Below, in pieces: positions 1-12,142 of a stretch of 64,000 bases of DNA; within the stretch, counting starts at the first letter, position 1; the number at the start of each line of letters is the position of its first letter. A model generated the notes under the pieces. It made no database searches, was not told the origin of the DNA, and was given only the letters and a program-made list of their open reading frames with translations. The position numbers and the translations under genes are program-made. The DNA comes from Callorhinchus milii (taxonomy: Eukaryota): assembly GCF_018977255.1 (NCBI RefSeq), contig NW_024704749.1:11036001-11100000 (forward strand), written 5' to 3'.

Positions 1-599
1 CAGGGAAAGAGCAGGGGGTTGGGATTAGAACACATCGCTTCAGCAGCATCAACTCACGACGCAATGTGCTGTAAACATTCTTTGATTCTGTGTTGGGAAA
101 TAATAATAAATAATTCTTGCATTCAATACAGCACCTTATCATGTTGTTGAGACGTCTCCAAGCGCTTCACAGAATACACTGTAATGTGGATTGATTTGCA
201 GTTTGTGGGTGAAACATGGCAGCTGATTGTGCACAGCAGTGTCCAAAGTTGTGGATTGAGTCACCAAATTTCCCCCTGGAAAGCGATCCGCCAATCGACT
301 AGCAACCGGATTCCTACTTACGGATCGGTAAACAGAGGCGAGTGGAGTAAGGGAACTTGCTTGAGGTTTTGCTCTGCCCCGGAATCGAACCCGGGTCCCC
401 TCGCTTGCGAGGCGAGCGCTCTAACCACTACGCTACAGGACTCCACGTGATGGGAATCCTTCCAGATCTCATCCAAACAGCAACTCTTCACATGTGAACA
501 AAGACAATATAGGCAGAATAGTTAAGTGTGAATCTCTCTATATATTAAATTCTGCGTATTTACACACACACAAAAAAAATCCAAGCTACAAAATTACAA

Positions 600-3500
600 T
601 CTTACTTTACACTTTTTTTTAATATGTTCTGACATACATGGAAGGAAAGTACTGTATACATAGTTTATAAATATAGGTTCAGCTTTTATTATCCTTTGTG
701 TAGTAGCTAAATAAAGTGGCAGTTTTACGATTGTACAAAATACAGATTCTTGTTCATTCGACTATGAAACGACTATAAAAATAAAGATGGAATACAGGAA
801 TATACTCCTGTGGCAGCCGGTCACTGGCTCAAACACACCAAATATATTGTCCGTCTCTCTCGAACCATGGAAAGAAGCCCTTGTGATGACATGTATAGAT
901 AGATTGGGATTATAAAGGGTCTTAAGCAGTTTTGATGTGAATGAGTTATTTGTGCTGTGTGCCTTTATTATCACCAGGAGCTTCAGAATAATTAACGCTA
1001 TAAAATAATTCGCCAGACTATAAAAAAAGTGTGTTTATCAGGACATAACCGGTTTCATCAAACCGTAGCTCACGTGTACATGTGTGTGTGTGTGCGTGCG
1101 TATGCATGTGGAGAGAAGGGGAAGAGAGAGAGAGGGGGAGAGGCATTTGAGAGATATAGAAAGTAGCAGGCTTGGCTGGGACTAAATTGAGCCAATGGTT
1201 AACACACAAGCCAGCACATGGGAGTTTATAAGATAACAGGTTCACATTGGAATTAAAATGGGATGCGATACGGGTGAGAAAGGGAGGCTTTTGTGAGCAC
1301 ATGACACCAGGCAAAATTGCTTTGCAATGAAATTTGGGGAGGAAATGCTGCTTTGAGACATTGGCGTGAGGCGTCCTGATGTCTGCCTTCATCTCAACGG
1401 TCTCACGAGCATCTCTGGAGAGCGGACGCCAAGCGACACGGGTGAACAAAGGGTTGGAATGTAAATGGGCAGCTGGGGGAGGAGAAGCGGAGATGGTCAT
1501 ACATCTCAGGACAATTGAAGGCAACTGGACAGCACAATATTGACAGCTTGTTCGCTGTTTTGTGAAGGTAAATAGATGGTAGTGTCTGAAAGCCAACTGC
1601 GGTCAGATCAAGCAAGCCACCATCTGCTCACATCTAAAGACGCAACACCCGAGGAGACTTTACCGTTAGGTTGCAACCACCAGAAAGCTACTAATGTCTA
1701 AATGATGGATATACAACGCATCAGTCGCAACTCACGCCGACCGAAAAGCTTCACGGTTGCTTTTTTTTAAAAAAAAAAGATTTTTAAAAAAAAACGTTAT
1801 TCATGGCCGGCCTTCAAAGACTCTCTCTATTTGTGAGTACGGTTTAAAAATCCACAGCAAAACGCTTACTTAAAATTCCGATCGGGTCCCACGGGCTTTA
1901 AAGAACCAGAGTTAACGGCTTTAACACAGCAGCTTATCACTGAGTGCTTGAACTGCACGTCAAAGGCATTGGCAAATGGCCAAGGATTCGGAAAAAAGGA
2001 TTGAAAACCGATCTCCCAAATAAAAAGGAATCCAACTTCCGATATGAACATATTAATAATCCTTGCATCTGGTATAGCGCCTTATCACGTCTTCGAGATG
2101 TCTCAAAGGGCTTCACAGGATACACTGCAAAGTGAATTGGTTGTGTATTTTGCAGGCGAAACGTGGCAGCCAATTGCGCACAGCAGTGGATTGAGTGACC
2201 AAATTATTATTTTTTTAAAAAAAGGATTATTATCCCCAGAAAGCGATCCGTAAATCAGATTACTCTGGGGAATAGCTTCACCTCTTACCATCTTAGCCTC
2301 AACCTCTTCCTGGTATCAAACTCCGTCAGTAGAGGGAGGACTATCTCTAATGTCTACCTCTTCCCCCTCATTCCCTCTCCGCCCCCACAATGCCAGTCCA
2401 TGTTAAGCAAAGAAATAAGACAAGAACATTTCAGCTCCTCTCGCTGGCCGGCCAAGAGAAGGAACAGCACAAAGGCAAATGGGTGGTGGCTCTTTTGTTA
2501 CTGAAGCTTTAGGTGAGATAAACAGACTTGTTTGGCACCTTTCACTAGGAGAACGTCTCAAAGTACTTTAACAATATAATAATCCTTGCATTTGATACAG
2601 CACTTTTCACGTCTTCGAGACATCTCAAAGCGCTTCACAGAATATACTGTAAAGTGAATTGACTGTGTGTTTGTGGGTGAAACGCGGCAGCCAATTGCAC
2701 ACAGCAGCGTCCCACAAACAGTCGTGGATTGAGTGACTAAATTATTATTTTTTTTCTTAAGGGATTATTATTAGGCGAGTCGGGTAAGCAAATTTGCCCA
2801 AAGTTTTGCCCGGCCGGGAATCGAACCCAGGTCTCTCTCTTGCGAAGTGAGTGCTCTAACCACTGAGCTGCAGGATTCCACTTTACAAAGTGAGCGGGAG
2901 GGAGACAGAGCAGCACTTAGTGACTGACGGGACTTGACGTCTGACAGGCCAACTGTTCAGCAACATGGAATTAAGGGCGGAGGCAGAATGAGTGCACAGC
3001 ACATAGGGAGAATACAGGGACACCATGTACAATCTCTGTGGGTTTTATAGCTTTTACGGTTGGATTCTAACACTTCCCCAGCCTTCCTTTTGGTTCCCTC
3101 AATTGCCTGTGTATCTCATTCACACTTGATGTTGAGTCTTTAAACTCCTTCCCGATTCGCCTGCTGACAACGTCTTAAACTCAAACCCAAATCCACAATA
3201 GAAGGCAACAGAAACACGCACTGTACAAACAAAATACAATTCACAGGAGACAAGGGAACACATGAGAGAAGGAACCACTTTTTTTTGAAGGTTAAAAGCA
3301 TCTTTTGAAGTGATTCACTTGTGGGTGATAAGAAAGACGAAACCGTATGTTGAATACGGTGCACACGCAAACACTGAAACTTAATCTGGACTAAATAAAC
3401 GTGTGTAAATACAGTAAATGTCATTTACAAGGAATGGGGTGTGGGTAAAATAGAGCCTGCATTGAACACCTATGGCCCAGGTGTAGGTGTGTGTCGGGGG

Positions 3501-3976
3501 AAGGAATTCTACAGAATTAATGGATTGATTTCCGTCAATTCCACGCAGAAGGCAACATTAACCGCGGCACACATTTCAACGCGCCCTTTGGTCTTAGGTG
3601 GGGGAAAAAAATACGTATTATTCTGTAGGAACAGGTTATGTGAAAACTAGGCGAGTTTTAACTGCCCCTTCAGTGAGGAGGCTGTGATTTAAGACGACTT
3701 GGAAGGGAAGGCTGTATGTTGAAGAGCGCTTGTTGTCCTAGGGCTTTGTTCATACCTTTCTCACACGGCATTAAGACTTCAGCTTCCGATTCTCTCACCG
3801 AGCTTTCCGTTAACCCGTGAGACGATAGATGTTTTTTTTTCTCACTCTTTTTTGAGTCTCCTCTGATATGAATGGGGGTCGGTGAGGAGGATGGGGGGGG
3901 GGGTGTCGGGGTAAGAGTAAAGAGTTAAGGTTGAGAGCGGCTGAGTGTGACGGGAGCTGAGCATTCGCTCGCTCGC
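600..3976 (-). other. Probable long 3' UTR of KCTD10 (contains SINE insertions)
   Basis: Lies downstream of the KCTD10 stop; AU-rich with no credible ORF. Minus-strand AATAAA (plus TTTATT) near 685 and 964 and ATTAAA near 618. The exact end cannot be determined. Confidence 0.45.
2575..2881 (-). mobile_element. tRNA-derived SINE (dominant family), near full length
   Basis: Minus-strand tRNA-like head with A box (CAGCTCAGTGG) and B box (GGTTCGATTCC) and an ...AAATGCAAGGATTATT tail. Dozens of copies or fragments occur across the window. Confidence 0.85.
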
Positions 3977-6900
3977 TCACTGGTGCAGGTGGGACCTGTC
4001 ATCCGGTCTCTTGATGTGAATCCTCCGGACCCTCTCTATCCGCTCCTCATCCTCTTCCAGATGGTGGGATCGCCCGGCTGCCCCCCCAGTGGCCTCCAGC
4101 AGAGCGTCGTCAGGGCCTCGCCCGTCCTGCGTCTCATACAGCAAGATATTCAGCGTCTCCTCGTAGATCCGGGCCTCGGGGAACTCAACCTTGAGGAACC
4201 CAATTAAAAACAAAACGCATCCGGTTAATAATGCAGCAGAGCTCTGACTTGCGACTGAGCTCACACATAATGCCAGGCTGAGGCTCAGGGTTTCAACTCA
4301 CTGTCCCCATCCCACAATAGACACACCAGCCCGTCATGACCACCTGTCTTACATGGTTCGGCTTAAAATCGTTGTGTGCATTTCACTATATCAAATAATA
4401 ATGATAATCCTTACAGTTGGTACAGCGCCTTATCACGTCGTTGAGACCTCTCAAAGCGCTCCCGCACAATATACTGTAAAGTGGAGTGACTGCGTATTTT
4501 GTGGGCGAAATGTAAGGATTATTACTGGGGGAGAGGCGTAACCCAACAATGTCTGAGAGAGGACCTTATCGGGGGATGCAAACCTCGGAATGGGATTCAG
4601 AGAGTAAGCTAAGAACACTTCAAGATGCACCACGGCCGCAGAACGAGGTTTGGGGCTGAAAAAGGGCTATTGCAGGAGAGACACCAGGAAGTGTTTCTTT
4701 ACTAACTGATGGCTAATTACCAACTGGAACAGGGTTACCAGGAAGGCAGGGTGGGCAAGGCCAAGACTCAGGGACTCAGCTTGACGTGCTATTGGGAGGA
4801 TGGTAGGGCGGGTGTCCTGGAAGGATGAGAAGGATTCCCTCTTGTGAACACAGAAATGCAACTCTGGTGCCCCCAAGTGTTTTGTTGTTGAATTGCACCT
4901 TAAATAATAATAATAATAATTTATTAAACACCTTTGCTTCAGTTCACTAAAGGCTTTGATGTTGATGGCTGAGGCAGAACTCAATAAACGCTTAAGAGAC
5001 CATCGGAAAATGATTGAAGAAGGAAGAGGACGTGGGAGTGGGACTAAGAAGGATAGCATTCATCCTAAAGAACTAAAAGGATGAGACATTAAACAGAGGC
5101 CCTGCCTCCTCGAGATCTCAAAGCACTTCACAGGATTGTTGTTGATTTGCAGTTTTTATTCCCTTCACCCTACTACCTCTGTCCTGCTCCATGTCTCCAT
5201 CCCCTCCACCCACCACCTTGCCTCATTCTGTGGAACTCACTTCAACATACACAGTCACTACACTGTACCGTAACATGTCCAAGACAGTATTGCAGGGTAC
5301 ATTACATAGTAGTTCTCTAGGGTGTAAAGTGGAGCTTCTGTGTGTTTTGTGGGTGGGTAAATTGGTGGCCCACTGATCTGAGAGGAGCTGCTATAGAGAA
5401 GACTCAAGTAGATTACAGCCCAGAGAAGGTTGGGAGACTTGATAGGAGAGGACAGATCCCCTGGCGAAGGCCGGCCAGACCCACCTTGGTTTGCTTCTTC
5501 TCAGTGGCGTAGACAATTGAGGTGCAGCACACCTCCGCGATCTTCCGGCCCTGCCCGTAGAAGGACCAGCAGCAGATCTCGTCTCCGAGCACGTCCTTTA
5601 TGAAGAGGACCCTCCCATTGAAGCGCAGGGACAGCTTGTCAAACAGCTCGATGTTCTTCAGCATATTGTCATCCGAGTTACTGAGAGGAACATAACATGG
5701 AGGATGTGAGGAGCAGAACCACGGACACGTACAGCACAGAAGGAGGCAGGCCATTTGTGGCCCTCTGAAAGAGATCGCCATTTTATCCCATTCTCCTGCT
5801 TATTCCCGCTCCCCCCATACACCCGTGTACTGCATATTTCTCCTTGTCAGAAGCGAATACAGATTCTTAGTTCAATCATGGAGCCAGGTCAGGCATTCCA
5901 TGCTCTAGCAACCCTCCAGTGTTCTTTAGGTAATCTGTGTCCCCCGAGTTATTGACTCACTGACCAATGGAAATAAATTTCTCCCCCTTCTCTTCATCAA
6001 AATCCCTCATAATTTTACCTCAAGTTAAACTGTGGTAATGTACCTGTATATTTGCAGGTGACTGTGTTCTCTTACCTGGTGTAGGAGTATTTGTTGTTGC
6101 TTCTGTTGTATAACAGTTTAACTGCAGGCTGGAAAGGCAAAGGCAAAGATGTCAGCTCGTGTTCTGCAGCTCAAAGCAATTAGTTGGACGAGTTAGATTA
6201 TAATAATCCTTGCATTTGATATAGCACCTTATCACGTCGTTGATAGGTCTCAAAGCACTTCACAGGACATACTGTAAAGTGAAGTAATTGTATTTCGTGG
6301 TGAAACATGGCAGCCAATTGCGGACAGCGCCCCACAAACAATCATGGATTGAGTGAGCAAATTTTTATTTTTTTTTGGAGGGATTATTACCCCCGGAAAG
6401 TGATCCACCAATTGTCTAAAAAATGGGATCCTACTTGTATGGAGTAAGGAAACTACCTCAGGTTTCACCCTCCCTAGGAATCGAACCCGGGTCTTCTCGC
6501 TTGCAAGGTGAGCGCTCTAACCCCTACGCTACAGGTGCCCCACTTTGCCGACTCACCTTATTTGAGGTTGCTATCAATCGCTGCTCCTCCTTGTTTGATG
6601 TTATCACAGGAACTTTACAGAAAGGTTCGTAAGTTTCCTTCTGCTGTAAAAGAGATGCAAAAGAGAAGCTCTCAATTGGCACAAGGTCCGCATTACATTC
6701 CAGTCGTCAGGCAAATACTGATCAGCGCAATTTAAACAGACCGAACGTTTCTCAACCTCAAGCGAAGAGAGAATTTTCACTCCCTGTCACTGGGAGACAC
6801 TCATATCCTGAGTCAACGCTCTCTCCCTCTCCTTAAAAGTGACCTTTTGCATGAACTGCGTTGTATAATGGTAAAGTGCTGCTAACTCCCTTATGCTGCA

Positions 6901-9571
6901 AGTCTGACAGTGAGCGTGGTGTGGTTTGCAATTTTGAGGACGTTTCACTGGGTCTTACATCAGCCTTATCCTATCCACATGCACAGATTTTCCCACTGAA
7001 TAGTGAACAATTGCAGGGATTTGCGTTGAATTCTCCTCTGTACACCCCCAGGATGATGGTGGGCAGGGGTGGGGGGGGGTGGGGGGGGAGAGAATCTTGA
7101 CATCAGATTCAGTCAGAATATATATATACACACACAGAGAAAGGACTGGAGGTCAAACTGAAGCTCGCTACTGAATGACACAAACAACAGCTCCTGTCAT
7201 ACAGGCTTGCACCCATCAGGAGAAGCAGCGACAGAGAAGTAATAATAATTATCCTTCCATTTGACATGGCCCTTATCACATCGTTGAGACGTCCCAAAGC
7301 GCTTCATAGGATACACTGTAACGTGGATTGACTGTGTATGTTGGCTTTACCTGAAAGGCTGCCTGACATTCCTCCACCAGCCCCTGCACCAGGTAGTACT
7401 TGGCCTCTGCCAGTAGCTCCTCTATTTCCCTGTTGGTCTCAGGCAGCGGCACAGCCCCATCCCGCAGGTAGTTCAGAATGGCCCCGAAATGCTTCCCACA
7501 ACGGTCAATCAGGATCCAGCCTGAGGGAACAGCAAGAGGTCAGGAGATTCAATCCCAGTTTCCTCCTCAATCCCAGGCGCTCTCTCTCCTCCCACGCTAC
7601 ACGACCCCGCAAACGAGCGGACCTGGGTTCGATCCCCGGGCGGGTCAAAACCTTAAGTCACGTTTCCTCACTCCACACACCTCGGCTTACCCAGCGGCAG
7701 ACTAGGGAGCCGGTTGCCAGTCAGGGAGCGGAGGGGAAGAGGGACAACGATCGGCCACGATAATAATAATAATAATAATCCTTGCATTTGCTATAACGTT
7801 TTTCACGTTGGGAGGACGTCCCAAAGCGCTTCACAGAACACACTGTAAAGTGAATTGACTGTATATTTGTGGGCGAACGCGGCAGCCAATTGCGCACAGC
7901 AATGTCCCACAAACAGTCGTAGATTGACAATGACCAATTTATTATTGTTTTTGGTTTTGGAGGGATTATTATTAGGCTCTGTGTGGAGTAAGGAAACTTG
8001 CCCAAGGTTTCACCCTCTGCCTGGAATTGAACTCAGGTCTCTCACTTGCAAAGCGAGTGCTCTAACCACTGAGCCACAGGACTCCACGATCTCACAGAAA
8101 GGTGGAACGGGGCTCGAGCGGCTGAACGGGCCGGGCCGGTCCGGGCTCCTGTCCCTATGACAGGCCGGGAGGCCAAACGCGTTAAGGCGAGCGGGGAGGG
8201 GTCGGGAGGGGTCGGGAGGGGCGACACAAAGCAGCGGTTTTACCTTCGCTGTCCGTCAGCACCTCCATCCTGCCGCTGAACATGGCCTTCAGCATGGTGT
8301 CCTGCTTGGTCAGGGTCTGCATGGTGGTGTAGTACAGGGCGCCCCCCACGTTCAGCTTCACGTACTTGGAGCTGGGGCTGTTGCCCTTGAAGGAGGTGGT
8401 GCGAGTCGTTGCCGCAGGAACTGGGCTCACTGCACTGTCTCCCGACATTCTCTCTTCCTGCGCGAGGACAGNNNNNNNNNNNNNNNNNNNNNNNNNNNNN
8501 NNNNNNNNNNNNNNNNNNNNNNNNNNNNNNNNNNNNNNNNNNNNNNNNNNNNNNNNNNNNNNNNNNNNNNNNNNNNNNNNNNNNNNNNNNNNNNNNNNNN
8601 NNNNNNNNNNNNNNNNNNNNNNNNNNNNNNNNNNNNNNNNNNNNNNNNNNNNNNNNNNNNNNNNNNNNNNNNNNNNNNNNNNNNNNNNNNNNNNNNNNNN
8701 NNNNNNNNNNNNNNNNNNNNNNNNNNNNNNNNNNNNNNNNNNNNNNNNNNNNNNNNNNNNNNNNNNNNNNNNNNNNNNNNNNNNNNNNNNNNNNNNNNNN
8801 NNNNNNNNNNNNNNNNNNNNNNNNNNNNNNNNNNNNNNNNNNNNNNNNNNNNNNNTTTTCACGTCGGGAGGACGTCCCAAAGCGCTTCACAGAATATACT
8901 GTAAAGTGAATTGACTGTATATTTGTGGGCGAACGCGGCAGCCAATTGCGCACAGCAATGTCCCACAAACAGTCGTAGATTGAAAATGACCAATTTATTA
9001 TTGTTTTTGGTTTTGGAGGGATTATTATTAGGCTCTGTGTGGAGTAAGGAAACTTGCCCAAGGTTTCGCCCTCTGCCTGGAATTGAACCCAGGTCTCTCA
9101 CTTGCAAAGCGAGTGCTCTAACCACTGAGCTACAGGACTCCACATAATAATAATAATAATAATAATGATAATAATGATAATAATAATAATCGCCTCATCA
9201 CGTCTCCCGAGACGTCTCAGAGCGCTTCACAGGATACGCTGCGAAGTGTAGTGACTGTGCGTTTCGCGGGAGGTAACGCCTCAGCCGGTTGCGCCCGGCG
9301 GCGTCCCCGCGGTTGGGGTGAGAGTAGGGGGGGGGTGGGGGGGGGGTTGTGGGAATGCAAGTTGTTGTTGTCGTCGTCAGCAGACACCCAGGCCCCAGGC
9401 CTCGCCCCGGCCCGCGGGCCGCGCGGGGCCCGCGAGCCGGGAGTCCGTGTGTGTGTGTGTGTGTCAGCCCGAGAGAGAGAGAGAGAGGGAGAGGGGGAGA
9501 GAGGGAGTCCCGGGGCCCGCGCGCGGTCTCGCTCCCACCCGGAATGTTCCCGAAGCTTCTCCGCTCACCAT
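3977..9571 (-). CDS. KCTD10: BTB/POZ domain adapter for CUL3-mediated RhoA/RhoB degradation KCTD10 (BACURD3); 7 coding exons, 311 aa
   Basis: Minus-strand exons: 9571-9569 (ATG only, followed by GTGAGC), 8457-8244, 7520-7351, 6643-6557, 6128-6076, 5680-5485, 4189-3977 (TGA). All introns are GT-AG and phase-consistent; total 936 nt. Peptides [83 protein letters not shown] and [19 protein letters not shown] are characteristic of the KCTD10/TNFAIP1/KCTD13 family; the N- and C-termini (MEERMSGD..., [10 protein letters not shown]) fit KCTD10. Confidence 0.95.
7760..8088 (-). mobile_element. tRNA-derived SINE, young subfamily copy
   Basis: Nearly identical to the copies at 8856-9143 and 29810-30138; (AAT)n tail. 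Confidence 0.9.
8472..8855. other. Assembly gap (others at 31901-32229, 32419-32622, 33520-33765, 34351-34542, 54495-54637)
   Basis: Runs of N. Confidence 1.
8856..9143 (-). mobile_element. tRNA-derived SINE, young subfamily copy (tail lost in gap)
   Basis: Nearly identical to 7760-8088. Confidence 0.9.
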
Positions 9572-9800
9572 CAACCGCCGCCCGCCCGCGAGCCCCGCTT
9601 CCCTGTGTCTGGGCCCCCGCCGGAAACCGACTCCGCTCTGAACACGGGGACTTCCGCCCCGCTTCCGCGTCACGATCAGGGACTTCCGCCCCCCGCTTCC
9701 GCGCCACACACACAGGGACTTCCGCCCCGCACCGCGTCACACACACACACACACACAGGGACTTCCGCCCCGCTGTGTCACGCGTCAAATCCTCCGGTGC
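9190..9800 (-). promoter_or_regulatory. CpG-island promoter and first exon of KCTD10 with repeated ETS/GC-box cassettes
   Basis: GC- and CpG-rich. Four copies of GGGACTTCCGCCCC (minus strand GGGGCGGAAGTCCC) at about 9647, 9679, 9715 and 9758, plus CGTCAC half-CRE motifs, upstream of the ATG|GT exon end at 9569. Confidence 0.75.
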
Positions 9801-12142
9801 TTCTAGCCACTGCCCTGCGAAGAGTTCCGTGCCCCCCCCACATAGTCTCTCAGTGTTGTAGCTGTGTGTATGTGTGTTTGAGGGGAGGTGGTGGTGGTGG
9901 TGGGGTTGGGGGGGGGGTCTAATGCTTCAGGATCACTGACCAGGTCCCGGCCCCAGCCCCGTCTTTCTCACGGCCAATGGAGTTGGGTCTCGATTGACCC
10001 CACCCACCCCCCCACCCCCCTAACCCCCCACCCATCCGCTGTGACCCCAACATCAATATTTATAATACTTATAATAATAATCATCATCATCGTCATCGTC
10101 ATCATCCCTGCCTTTGGTCCGGAGCCTTTCACGTCGGGAGGTCGTCTCGAAGCGCTTCGCAGGACTTACTGTAAAGTGTAGTGACTGTGCGTCTCGCAGA
10201 CGAGCGCGGCAGCCCAATTTGCGCCCAGCGACGTCCCCGCAAACAGCCGTGACGTGAACGATTGATTTTATCTGAGGAGGGGGATTGTCGGCCAGGAGAC
10301 CGGGAGAGAGAGAGAGAGAGAGAGAGAAACTCCCTTCTCTTTTCCAATAGTCCCACAAGATCTTTGAAGGCACAGAGGGTGGGGGGGGGGGGGGGGGTGG
10401 GGGGGGAGTTTAATGTTTCATCCGAACAATGAGGGCTCTGGCAATGAGCGCTGATTAGCTCAGAGGTGCATCGTGGTTGCGTTGCTGATCGGTCAATGTG
10501 GGGTTCGAGAGGAACCATTGTTCCCTTTGACCGTTCACTGCCCCTTGTGGTCTTCAGGAAGCCTCAGAGGCGAGAGTGTGACCGACAGAGCCGGGGCTGA
10601 CACACAGGTCATGATTCAGTCCGTCCACTGAACCACAGCCCACATTCCTGCGTCAATGCATCTTTTATTTCCCATCAACAGTTTCACCCCCACTCTCACC
10701 CCCGCCCCCCCCCCCCACCAAAAAAAGGTGCAAATAAACAGGAGCAAAGTTTCCACGTTCTACAAGACGTAAATCAAATGAAATTGGGGGGTAAAAAAAA
10801 ATGACAAATTTTAATGTTCAATATTTTCCAGAGTTTCAAGAATAAAAGTTATCCGGATTATTTTTTGACGTAATAAAGGTTCCGACTCGGCAGCGGAGGA
10901 TCCATGGATTAGAGAAAAGAATCCACGATCAGGAATGGGGAGCAGATGGAACCTCTGGGGGACTTGACGAGAACGGGCGACTGACACAAAGGTCACAACA
11001 ACAACAAATTACATTTACATTTCACATCGGGAGGACGTCCTAAGGTGCTGGACAATCAGGGATTTGGTCCCGAGTTCAAAGTACAACAACAACAACAACA
11101 ACAATAACAAGTTCAGCTTGGTTGCGTCCATTTTGTTTGGTTCACATGAAGTGGCCCTGCCTGGATGGAGAGAGACAGAGAGCTTTGTGGAAGGGAAGCA
11201 CGGCACCTGGAAGGAGAGGGAAGGAAGGAGGGAAGGAAGGAAGGAAGGAAGGAGGGAGGGAAGGAAAGAGAGAGGGGATAGAAAAGAACAAACATGGGCA
11301 ATCGAAGCCCACGTTGACTCCTGGTGGCTGTTGAGACCTTTCCACTTGCTGACCAATGGCCCCCAGGTCTCTGCTTGCTCCACTTTCTGGGCTGAGGGGG
11401 CGCGTGGTGGGGGGGAACTCAGCAGGCGATGGATGATCTGCAAATGGGAGAAAGATGGAAAAATATGGGAAGAACATTTTTTGAACTGCAGGGAAACACG
11501 GCTTCCAAATTGAGACCTGGTTTAAGAATATCCCGCCATTCTGGCCAAAAAAACAGCCTCGTGGGCTTAGGTTGAATTTCGGGACTTGGAATTCCATCCT
11601 GTCCGGGATTTCCATTTGACCTGGTGATAATAATAATAATCCTTTCATTTGGTACAGAGACTTATCACCTCGTTGAGTCAACTCAAAGCGCTTCACAGAA
11701 CATACTGTAAAGTGAGCTGACTGTGTATTTTGTGGGCGAAACGCGGCAGCCAATTGCGCACAGCAGCGTCCCCACAATCAGTCATGGATTGAGTGACCAA
11801 TTTTTTCTTTGTAGGGATTATTACCTCCAGAAAGCGATCCGCCAATTGACTAAAAACTGGGATGATGACAACATTGTTCACTTCACTCACCAATCTTCAA
11901 GGTCCCTCTCTCACCAGGTTTCCCCATAAACGACAACCATCCTCATGACCTGGAGATGTCTCAAAGCGCTTCACAGAAAGTACTGTAAAGTGGTAGTGAC
12001 TGTAGATTTTTGTTGCAGATGAAATTCCCCTGAAAACTCTGGCAGAGAGCATAATTCAAACCCTCTGATACCTACCGTTAAGGTATTATAGAGCAGGAGA
12101 AACGTTCTCTCCTCTTGACATCGTTCGTTCCACCGTCCCCAT

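Noticed and set aside
7721-9147. Repeated ORFs such as MGKFPYSTQ... and [10 protein letters not shown]...
   Set aside because: Translations of SINE copies.
9198-9922. Several 100-220 aa ORFs over the CpG island
   Set aside because: GC-rich low-complexity promoter sequence with no recognisable protein.
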